Of a stretch of 64,000 nt of DNA, positions 48,901 through 60,900 are shown piece after piece. Position 1 is the first letter of the stretch, and every line of letters starts with the position of its first letter. The position numbers and the translations under genes were made by a program. Source of the stretch: Asterias rubens (taxonomy: Eukaryota); the NCBI RefSeq assembly GCF_902459465.1, contig NC_047070.1, forward strand, positions 14,632,001 through 14,696,000, given 5' to 3'. The notes beneath the pieces are model-generated. The model did no database searches. It was not told the origin of the DNA and was given only the letters and a program-made list of their open reading frames with translations.

Positions 48901-51900
48901 ATGGTCAGGGTGGAGGTTGGGGTTGTTGGGGAGAACGATGTAGTTTGCGTTCCCTGACAGCGTGCCATCAATGTCCTCAATCCAGCACTCGTGCGGCCAC
49001 TTGAAGGCCACCTTGTTCGGAGAGTTGAGAAACTCCAGACGCTGTGTGCGAAGTGAGAAACCTCCTTGGTTCTGCTTGCAAAGGGCGCATGCTCGGATGC
49101 TGGCGCAGCGATCCTGGTCGAAGTTGATCAGCTTGGCTCCATCCACTGTGAAACCGTTCGTCATGGGAGCCTGGATGCCAGTCACTGTGCACTCTTTTGA
49201 TATGTCACTATAAGCAATGACAGTTAGATCTCTAACTAAGGCGCCATTTTTGAGCAATGAGGGCTCCAAGCTGTGGTATTCAACCCCCGCCTTTTCAGCG
49301 TTCAAGATCACGAAGCTGTGGAACTGAACGAAACCGACGGAAACAGCCTCGGCCCCGCGCTCTACCTGCCAAGCGTAGAGGGAGTGAAACTTAGCCGGTT
49401 CATTCCTCCAGGAGTCACATCTTCCGCCGGTCTTTGGGGTGTAAACTGGGAAAATCCACAGGCCATACTGGCCAAAGGCATGAGCAGAGTTATTTCGGAA
49501 TTCCCCGAGGGGAACCATACGGGGACAGATTGACCTCGTATACGAAGGCCCGCCAGGGTTTTCGGGCATGTTGTACCAATAACCGAAATGGGATCCGCCG
49601 GCCGCCGCATTATGACGGAGAGTGTTATTGGGATTGGTAACCCAAAAAGTAGCCGGAGTGATGTCCACATTCAACAGACTACTGCTCGGACGAACGAACA
49701 CCCCAAGATTATACTGGATGATGTTCCCGGTCTCGATACCATCTTCCAAGAAAAAGGCGTGTCCCATGACGCTGTAGGCAACGTTGTGTTCTACGAGGAG
49801 GTTGTGAACAGCATGAATAGTGACGGCACGGTTGAAAGTGTGATGGATACTGCAGCCACGTACGTAAGAGCCCGCCACATCCCCGTTAAGATGGAAATGA
49901 ATCGGGTAGCGACCCAGCCGGAAGGCTTGACCTGCGTGAGTGACCTCTATGTAACTGATACGACCTTTGACAAGCTGTTTGTCTTGGTACTTTGCAAACA
50001 ACATTATCTGTGCACCAAACTGATCGCTTCCGGTTTCTTCTCCAAAACGACCAAGGAAGCAGGTCTGAGTGGCATATGGGTCTGTAAAATTAAGGGAACA
50101 ATTAAATCTTACTTTCATTTTAACCTGCCGACAGGGATAAAATAACAGTCCTGCATAATCAAAGCATGAACCAAATTAAGAATACTTGTTGCCCTTCGAC
50201 AACATATTTAATTCAGTCATGATTTGGCCGTTCGAAAAAAGTAGGAAAATGTTATGGGCACACAGGCTGAAGTACTTGTGCATATGGTGTTGACTTTGCT
50301 AGACTTTTTTAAAAACTATTTCATCAAAGTTTTCTGTTTTTTCTAAGGGGAAATAAATCGGGAATCAGACTTAAGTAGGAAGAATACCATCTATGTTGCA
50401 CTGTAAGCAAAACAAAACCTAAAATTTTTTGTCAAGATTCCCCCCCCCCTAAAAAAAAGGTGATGTTCTTTTTACATGTTTTTAACCACTTCATCTTGAT
50501 ATTTTTACAAAAAATTCTGGGCCCATCAGTGGTATTTTTTGTAAGAAGCTTCTTGAGAAAAAATTTTTCTGTGAAATTATTATTAAAGACAATGAAACCC
50601 CGACTTGACACAGGAAAGAAAGGGTTCTCATGAATAGTTTGGGGATCTGTTGTCGTCATTCAAGACAATGAAGTAGGTATTCATTGTGAATCGGACACGA
50701 GTCAAAGCCGAAAATCCGCCATGGTATGCTGGAATCTTTGAATCCTCGGACTTGCCTTCCATTGCAGGCCTGGAATTACATGCAGGCCACAGAGGCCATG
50801 GCCTTGGTGCCCCTTCAAAAGCTGCCCTTTGCAAAATGAAAATGGCCTTGCCCTTTGAAAAAAATGAAATTACAGGCCTGCATTGAGCCAAATACAACGC
50901 CAAATAATGGTGGCAGTCTCTTTATTCCATTATGGCACATTTGGTGAAGATCTGGAACCAGGGGTTATACAGAAACAACCAGAAAGGGATTTTACAGAGC
51001 AAGTTTTCCAGAACCTGTTGTCCCTCTTTATTCTAGACAGAAATGATGGAAAGGTTTCTTTTTTCTTTAGATTTAGTACTTACTGCTGTCAAATTCTGCC
51101 CGACATGCTGTGATCGTCTCCGTCCACTCTTCCTGCACTGACCCTCGGAACTTGACGTTGTGCGTCAGCAGCCCGACTTCTGCGCGCATTTCCACAACAA
51201 CGCCCTCTATTGTCTGAGAGATGCCAAGATGCTCGTACTCAAGTGCTGGTTCGAATGTCAGTACAGTACCGTTCGCAGAAACAGCTGAAGGATATTAAAA
51301 ATAAAACATTGAAACTACCACAAATCAAACACCAAGCTGGCATCAGCCAATCTCTCTCACACATACCTGACTGAGAAGTCGGCTTAATCTCAAATATTAG
51401 CCTTTTATCTGAGGTTATCATTTCTTACTCTCTGGCTGGAACAATTTGTTGAAGATTTTAAATGTCTCAATATTTTGGTTTTGTGTTTTTTAAGTTGTTA
51501 TACCCATTCTTTGTGTAAGTTTATGATTTAAAAAAAAGATACCATTGTTTTTTCAATGTATGTATTTTTCGGCTGCAGGCCACCATGTTTGCATTTTTTG
51601 ATAAACTAATAATATATTATTATATTAATTGACAGACCTGTGATGAACACGTCTTCATTTTGCCTCTGGCTGTGTCGATGTCCAGTGGTTGCGATTACGA
51701 TTTGATCGCCAGCCTTCCAGGTTACAGCTAGTTGAAGAGCCAGTTGGGTGGCACCAGCCTCGGCCGTCTGGGCCAAACGTGTCCAGGTCACTGGGACATG
51801 CATTCCTGAAAACATTATCAGCAAAATGTACATTGACTACAATGTTCATTCAGTTGTTTACATTGATTTGAATGGAAGAAAAGGGACATGACACCAGGTT

Positions 51901-54900
51901 TAAAGACACTGGAAACTTTTGGTACATGTCAAAGACCAGTCTTCTCACTTCTCATGTGCATAAAATCACAAACCTGTAAAAATTTGAGCGCAATAATTAC
52001 CAATAGTGTCCACTGCCTTTAATAAAAACTCCCTAGTTTGAGAATATAAAATAGCCCCTTTTGGCTGATATTTGGAGATAACTCCATTCTTAGGTCGAGA
52101 AAATTATTTCCTTTATCAAATTTCCCTCATGTAGAAATACAAGAATAAAACAAAAGAAAAAACAAAACAAATGCTCGACTTGCATAATATTAAAAAAAAG
52201 TGAAAGGAAGCCTTCATAATCATGGCACGCTCTAAAGAGTGCACTGCATCTGTCATGCAATAAAGAAAACTTTCAGTCAGAAAAAAAGGAAGTAATTGCA
52301 AATTCTTTTACATTCGATGTAATGTTTGTTTGAGGAGGAGTTAAACTTGTCCATCCTTTGATAAACTGGACCCAATTTCATGGCTCTGCCTCCCTGCTTG
52401 GCGTTAGCAGGGAATTCTGGGCTTACGTCAAGCAGGGAATTTTTGCTTGTGCGCATGCTTAATTATTCAGCCATTTCAACAATACATGACAATACAAAAA
52501 TACTTCCAGATGGGCTAGGAGAAACAAAAGCAAAATAATTAATGTGGTCCATAGACCTGCCTCCCCACATCTGGTTGTAACACAAGTAATAAAACGAGTA
52601 ATACAATATGTATAAGACAATTTAGGTACAAAAAGGTAGGAAAGTTAACTAAAAAAATAAAACATTTCTATGTACATCAAAAGTTGGCAACTAAAACAAC
52701 AGATTATATGTGAGAGTAAAACCAGTTTTAGGAGTGTAAAATTTGAAGAAAGTTTGCACAGTGTAAAAAACAAAATAACAACAAACAAAAACTGAAAAAA
52801 TCCTAAACACTTGAGTAATGTAAAAGATAATCCAAGCAGAATGCAATCTTGATAAATTTAAGTGACAAAATCTATAATGAAAAAAAAATCAACAGTATAC
52901 TAGGTATTATTCTCTAATAGCTAGTGCAGAAATTCGGGGTTGCACAGTAAGCAGAGAATAGTGACAGTAAGCGCAGAATTCGGTGGTAAGCAGAGCAACG
53001 AAGTCGAGCTTCGACTCACCATGAAGGTCAAGAGTGCCGTTCCTGACAGCCAGTGTCTTGGCTCCAAACAGCGGCAGTTCCTGAGAGCGTACATGGCCAT
53101 GCATCATAATGGTAGCCTCATGCTGGAAGGGTTCCTCCTCCGTACCGACTTGGAGGGTACCTCCATCAACGATGAGGATGTTCTCAGCATGCAGTTCAAT
53201 GTCTGCCTCGTCAAACATCAGTGTACCCCCTGAAAGATACAACAACAACATCCCATCATCACTTAAAGCCACTAGACACTATTGGTAATTGTCAAAGACT
53301 ACCCTCCACAGTTGGTGTATCTCAACATACGCATAAAATAACAAACCTGTGAAAATTTGAGCTCAATCGGTCATCGAACTTGCGAGATAATAATGAAAGA
53401 AAAATACACCCTTGTCACACGAAGTTGTGTGCGTTTAGATGCTTGATTTCGAGACCTCAAGTTCTAAATCTGAGGTCTCGAAATCAAATTTTTGGAAAAA
53501 TACTTCTTTCTCGAAAACTATGGCACTTCAGAGGGAGCCGTTTCTCACAATGTTTTATACCATCAACCTCTCCCCATTACTCGTCACCAAGAAAGGTTTT
53601 ATGCTAATAATTATTTTGAGTAATTACCAATAGTGTCCACTGCCTTTAAAACAAGAGCATTTATTTTACATTACCCTGAGGATGATTTCAAATCTCGCTT
53701 CACCGGACTCAAGATACTACCTTTATCTTACAGATGCGAAATCCACGACCTATTCTACCTTTTTAGTTGTAGAATCGGTCAAAATAGTGGTTAATTCTTA
53801 TAAAGCGCTCATATCCATCACTCACACTCAAGGCGCTTTAACATTCAGTATTTACCTGCATGGTAGGGTTTACAAGGTACAGCCAATCAAACCAGAAACA
53901 CGGGGGAAAACCCCTTCACTTTTCGATAAGAGCACTGGGTTCTTTCATGTACATTATTACACATCACGGAACCAAAGTGTAAAGTTCTATTTGTAGGACA
54001 AAGCAATAATAGTTAAGTGTTTTACTTAAGGACACAAGTGTCACCACTGGGATTCGAACCCACACTCTTCTGATCAGAACAACAGAGTTTGAAACTTGTG
54101 CTCTCATTTAGGCCATGTACAACACGCCATCAGAGATGAAACATATTGATAATGTCCAACTGAATACTAGCCAAGGCCTACCTTGGATAAGAAGCATCTT
54201 CAGGGTTGGGGTGGAGACGTCAAGAAGTAACAGCTGTCCCGCTGGGACTATGACAAATTGGCCCTCTGTTGGTGGGTCTTGGTTACCCCAGGTGTATCTG
54301 GAGGACCACACATCGATGTAGTAGAAGTCTGCATTGTCCTGCGGTTAACACAAAATTCCATGTTTAGTGAAAAAGTTTCAACATTATGAGAAAAAAAAAC
54401 ATTAAAGAAATTCTGAGTTTGGCCACAAAAGCTTTGAAAGAATAAAACATCAATTTTATTGAGTACGTTTACATTGAATTACTTGGGATGTTCAACTTTA
54501 TAGATTAGCATTTAATCTGCATAGGGCAGTCAGCAGCACTACTGTATCGTGCATGATCGAATTAAGTCCACTGAAAAAATTGAGATAACAGGTGCGAGTT
54601 GCCAGACGAAAAGGGTGTTGTTGTCTAGCCCCTTTCTTTACTCTTTCTTGTAATAAAAAAGAATGAAATGTTTGACAAAATGAAGATGCAACCCTGCTTT
54701 AACATCCCACCATCACTTTAGCCATGAGTGGTCCCACCTTCCAGTCACCTGGAAACGGGGCTCTACAAAGCTGCCCAAGCCACAAAAAGGCCTTGACAAA
54801 AGGCTATAACCAACTCTCAGCTTACCTGTGTAGCGATTCCATTATTGCCGCCTTCAACTCTGACTTTGAGCCTCTCCGGTGGGCTACGGATTCCTGTCTG

Positions 54901-57900
54901 ACAGATAATCTCTGTTGTTGATTCAGACTGAATGGTGCATTCTGATCCACCGATGGATACATTGTTCCCAGATGACCTGAGACACACAACAATGGACATT
55001 GAGAAATATTTTCAATACATTTGAGCTCTTTTCACACTACTCTATTGCGTGGGGTTGCCCCATTTAACTTTCTGAATTTTGAAGCTGTTCTTGTACAAAA
55101 ATTCAGGTCCAGTAAACACTTTGAGCCATGGCCGTTTGGTTAAGAGCATTGAATTTAAAGATGCTATGTCAGATTTTTGGCTCCAAATATTAAAAAATAT
55201 ATTTTTTTAGTGAATGGCATTTCAAAGAGTATCACCCGCTCTAACGAAAACAAGTTTAACTTTTACTTTTAATGGTCAGGAACCATGACAAAAATTTAAA
55301 ATGTTTCTTATAAAACACATAAGAATTGGTCACGTGATATATTGTCGGGATCCCGACAAAAACTAATTTTGAGCACTTAATTTCACTGCTACAAATAATT
55401 GGCAGACTTTTTCGAGCAATAGCTCAAATGAAAGCTTGTAACTTTCTCGACCCCCATCAAAATACCTATTGAATTATAAATCAAAATCTTTTGGTCAAAT
55501 CGGCCAAAAATCATACATAGCATCTTTAAGTTCTTCTGGCTGAGTCATCAGGGTATGGGTTCCAATTCCTGTCATGACACTTGTGTCCCTGAGCAAGACA
55601 CGTAACTAATTCTGCTTCTCATCACCCAGGGGTAAATGGGTACCTAGTGAGGGCACCCAGGTGTCAATGGGTACCTAGCGAGGGCACCCAGGTGTCAATG
55701 GGTACCTAGTGAGGGCACCCAGGTGTCAATGGGTACCTGTGAGAGCAGAGATGGTTTTTGTGTTTGTTAGCTTAGTGCACTACCTACTTGGCAGCACAGG
55801 CTGTATAATCACCAGGGAGCCGAGATGGTTTGGGGAACGAAATAAAATGGCCCAACGACCAGGGGTAATAATAATGTTGAAGTGCAATGAGCATCACTGA
55901 GTGATGGACCTGAGCGCTATTAGAAGCCACTAATATTATTATAATTACAAGCCCTGGGGTCTTGTGAATTTCCCCCCCCCCCCCCCCCCCCCAAATTCAA
56001 TCCCTGTGTTTCTAAGCTTGTTTTTGACTGGATGTTTTCTCCATATTTCATTTAAAGCTTACTGAAAACCGTATCCAGTGATACGAAGCGTCGTCCCTCC
56101 AGCTGTACCACCACGACGTGGCTCAACGGAGTCAATGACGGGTGTAAGGCTTGTCTTGTAGATGAAGGCATCTGACTGGGTGACCATTGCACCACTGGAT
56201 AGAGTGGTAACCACGTCACAGAAAACATCACCGCTACCCGAGTTGGATGGTACCTCGCACTCGATGAATGCGGACGAGAAATCACTGATTGGACAGGTGT
56301 TATTGCAGACCAGGACCACTGCTGTCTCGTCATAGCCAGCGCCATCTATTCTCAGAACTCTCCCACCACCAAAACTCCCTGGATAAAAGTTTTATTCAAG
56401 TCATAAATGTTCTAATTTATTGGACAAAATCTATGTATACATAACGCCCCCAAAAAACCTTGTCATTTGATTTGAGGATTTGTGGTTATGCAGCATTCAT
56501 AAATCGAATCATTAAATGGCGTACGCCATAAATCATTCACTTTGGTTCTATTCCTGGTGCATTTTCATCTCATCATTTTTACTATTGCAAACTTGACACA
56601 CTATGTGCATTTTCATCTCATCATTTTTACTATTGCAAACTTGACACACTATGTGCATTTTCATCTCATCATTTTTACTGATAAACTTGGGTGTGATATC
56701 TGGTTATACGGCAGTTCTAGGTTCAATGGCTTCTGATGACTAGCATCCTAGAACAAACTTTGTCTCTGATAAACACTTTAACCGGTATAAAGTCAACTAT
56801 CTTCATTGTCAAGCTTTGAGACAAACAAGCCCCTATAAGCAATTCTTTAAAGAATATTCCTGCCTCATTTTGTCAGATCTCACCCTTTCTCGGGGCATTG
56901 GCTCCACCTCAAATAAAAACCCACCAACTCACCTTCGATTGGCGAAACCGAGTCAACTCTCAACTCATACTCAAACTCGGTGCCATTACCAGATAGCCCT
57001 TTGTCTACGATGTAAACCACCACTGCATAGGTTCCGGCCGAGTGGGCACCTACATCACATACAATCGAGTCTATGGCTGTGCTGGTGACTGTACAAGCCA
57101 CGTTGTCGATCGAGACGGAGACGTCGGCTACGTTGGTGCTGAAGCTAGAGCCACTGATGGTTATGCTTTGGTCAGTTGTACCTGCAATGAAGAGTGAGAG
57201 TAAACCTTAGAGTAAGGCCATGTCGCACGAGACAATTTACAGGAAACCAGTTCCAAGCAATCTCAATGAAAACAAATAAAACATTTGAATGTTCACATAT
57301 TTCATTGGTTGAAAAACTATGACATTTGACAAAGCTGAGAGTGTGTGGACTTACCATTAGCTGGTGTGACTATAGTGATTGTGGGTGTAACCACAGAAGA
57401 ATAATTATAACTTTCAGTTGGGTACTCTTCCCCGTTGGAGGACACGACAAGATCGACCGTTCCAGCAGAATGGGCTGGCGTCACGCAAACAATCTCAAAG
57501 AATGTCACTCTCTGGATGATGCATGCAGCTCCACCAATCGTGACAGTCGTGTCCCCATCAACGAAGCCATTACCAAGGGTACTGATGACCTGGCCTCCTT
57601 CTGTGCTGCCAGTACTTGGGGTCACACTGTCAATGTCCTTTGAGCTGAAGAGAGTATTGTTGGTAGTAAAGAAAGCATTACCACTACCGCGAATATTGAC
57701 GATTACGATCTGCTCGCCGACCGGAACATAACTGACATCGCATTCGATCACATCCTCCGAGGCGGAAGTGACTTCACATTTGATAACGCCAACAGTAACA
57801 CTGATCATCATCGTGTCATTAACGAATCCTGACCCGAGAATGACGAGTGAGGTGCTGGGTCCGGAGACCGTGTCCGGAGAGACGTCATTGACCTGCGGGG

Positions 57901-60900
57901 TCAAGCCATCCGAGAAGCTGAAGCTACAGTTGCCCTTGCAGTCTGCCGATACTGAGTTAATCTGCAGGGTAAGCTCTGCGTATGCTGGATTGGAAGCCGT
58001 CGTACTACATACCAACTCTTTATAAGATACCAACTGGACGAGGCATCCGCTGTTCCCGATCCACACAGATACTTCCTCCGGTGAGCTGGCTGCAAAACCA
58101 TCCCCAGTGATGGTGATTTCAGTCCCACCGCTCAGTGATCCCTCATGAGTAGACAGGGCGTCAATCTGTGGTTTGAGGGTAAACACAAGCTTGGATGGCA
58201 CCGAGATCTCATTCAAGGCAAGCCCTAAGTTCTTGACGACCACGGAGACAACCTGAGGAACTCTGACCAACATGGTGTCTTCCGTGTCAATGAGACACGT
58301 CAGGGAGACGTTGCTGCTCGTCTGAGTGACGCAGGAGTACTCTCCAATGCTAATCTGATTCTCACATGGTACATCACTGAATCCTGATCCTGTGATACTG
58401 ATAACTTGGTTTGGTGTACCCCTGTAAAGATAAAACCATCAATTACACTCACTAATAACAATAATAAATAATAACTATGTTCTTATATTGACCCATTTCA
58501 GAATAATGTTGGATGTGCCATTTTGGTGGTAAATGTCAGCGTGTGTTATTCAGTGAAGTGCGCATTTTTAGGTTGCGCAGCGTTTACAAGTAAGCCTTTT
58601 GACCACCAACATGGTAAGCGTGGCATCAATCGCCGCTTGTGACGCGCATGCAAGGGATCAATAGCGCATTTCACAATAACCGTATCAATACGTTTTACAT
58701 TAGTGCCCTGGTCATTGGGCCAATTATAATAACATTCCTTTAATCTTTCTCAGCTCCCTGGGGAGTATACAGCCCTGAGCTGCCGTCTGGCGCTAGTGTG
58801 TTTTTACACAATATGAAAGCTCAGATAGCTTAGTTGGTAGAGAGCCGGCACGCTCATCCAGATGTCACAGGTTCATGTCAAGTTAAAGTAAATTTGTCTT
58901 TGTTCAACCGAAAATTATTTACAAATGATCCAGTCGTTTTCCCTTGGTTTATTACTTGGTAATAATTTTGGTTTAACCTTCCACAGATGTGTGAGCACTG
59001 TACTTGTATACTTGTACATCTTTATCTTTGTTCCGTCTTTTTTTCCCTCTTCATTCCTTCTCAGCGCCTTGTATCCTTTGGCAATTTGGCGCTTTATAAA
59101 AATAAATTATAAATACTGTTATTATTATTACTGAGTACTTTCCTGAATGCTGTGAAATCACAGGCATAGCATTACTCGAGTGGGATTTGAACCTGCGACC
59201 TTTGCATTTCTAGAGCAGTGTCTTACCAACTGTCATTGGCTCCCATAGCAAACTTATCAAGAGGCAGGACATATGTTTTTGAGAGAACGCTATCTTACAT
59301 ATTGGGGCTGATATCTGTGATAAATGGGGTGCTGCAAGTCCAGAAGGTGTAGTAGAAACTGGATTCATCCTTTCGGGCAGGCTTTGGAGAGGTGCATGTT
59401 GGGTGAACTGAAGCCGTGCCAGGACAACTTCCCGATGCTTCTGGCTCTGAAGCACCTGTTATTAAAATATCAACAATATATTTTTTTTTTGCAAATTTAA
59501 CATCTATTAAATATAGTTTGTGAGATCGTGATTGGAAACAGTTTTCATAATCAAATTACTTTTTCAAATTTGCTCAACAAAACATGGACAGATTGGTTTA
59601 TTTTCAAGAAAACTTTCTGAAGAATCAGGGAGACATCAGACCAGACTTTGTAACTGCCAACAAATAGGAAGAACATCCTTTTCATCTGACAACTGTTACC
59701 TGTTATCTTTATGTAATTCCTTTTCCAACAGTATTCTTTACTTAAGTATACACAAAACAGTAGGGCTGCTGACTGCCCCAGGCAGATAACCGGCTCATCC
59801 ATTAATTATAATGACCCAAGTTATTCAATATATACAAATACTAGGTAAAAAGGACGTATACTTTCCCAATTTTTGTGGCCAAACTTGAGAACTTTTTCAT
59901 GAAGCTTTCCTGTAATTCAGAGCTTTGTTTAGTGGTTTTTAATTTTTTTTGTGCCATTATCATAAAAGGAAGAAATTGAAATCAGCTGAACAAATTCATG
60001 CCTGTAAGACAAATCACATTCCTACCTGACATGATGACATGCAGAGCTTCGAATCCAGCGACAGTAACAACGAGTTTGTGGTTGGTTGACTTCGACTCTT
60101 TGACCTCGATGGATCCCTTCATATAGATCCGACTATTATCATCGACAGGTCCACTAGAGTAGTAGTAGGTACCCAGGGCAGAGAACTTAAATGCAAATAC
60201 ACCTTCAAGATCATAAGGAAAATGTTAAGGAGAGTTAAAACAAGCATACCTTAAAATAAATTTGACAGGCCACTCTAAGAAGTACTCATGCTACATTGAG
60301 CATGATACACAGTGTTAGCCCTGTCCTTTTTCAGGTTCTGTACCAGTAGCATTGTGAGGTGTCATGGCCTATCGGTTTAGAGCCATGACTTGTGGTTTAG
60401 TCACTGGGGTATGGGTTTGACATTCGTGTCCTGTAACACGCTGTACTAAAACTGCTTCTCTTCAGCCGGGAGTATAAATGGGTACCTGCAAGGAAAAAGG
60501 TTGATAATGTATTTGAAAAAGCGTTTTGCGCGCCACAGCAGCCCAGGGCTGCATACTTCCCAGGAAGCTGAGACAAAATTACAGGAATGTTATTGGCCCA
60601 ATGACAAGGGCACTAATGTACATTGATATGTCATTGCTAAAAGCGCTATGTAACAACTAGATATTATTATTATTTTAATTTTATTTTTATTATTATTTTT
60701 ATTATTATAACCCCCCCCCCAAAGAACTCGCCTTTTTTGCTCCGTTTTCCACTGATGAATCCCTGGCCGTCGTAGTTCACAGCATTGCTGTTGGCTGTCT
60801 GCATGACGGCGTATCCGATACCAGTCACATACTGATCCACAATCCACTGCCAGACCACCACGTCACCCGCCGTCACGCTCAAGAAGTTTGGGGTCCACCG

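Noticed and set aside
48444-50081. Bacterial horizontally transferred pectate-lyase-like gene
   Set aside because: The PbH1 region is a normal part of fibrocystin-L, bounded by splice sites and in phase with neighbouring exons
48478-50145. Plus-strand ORFs (48478-48798, 49273-49533, 49588-50145, and similar at 57326-58025, 29982-30233)
   Set aside because: Antisense shadows of long GC-richer coding exons; no splice or homology support
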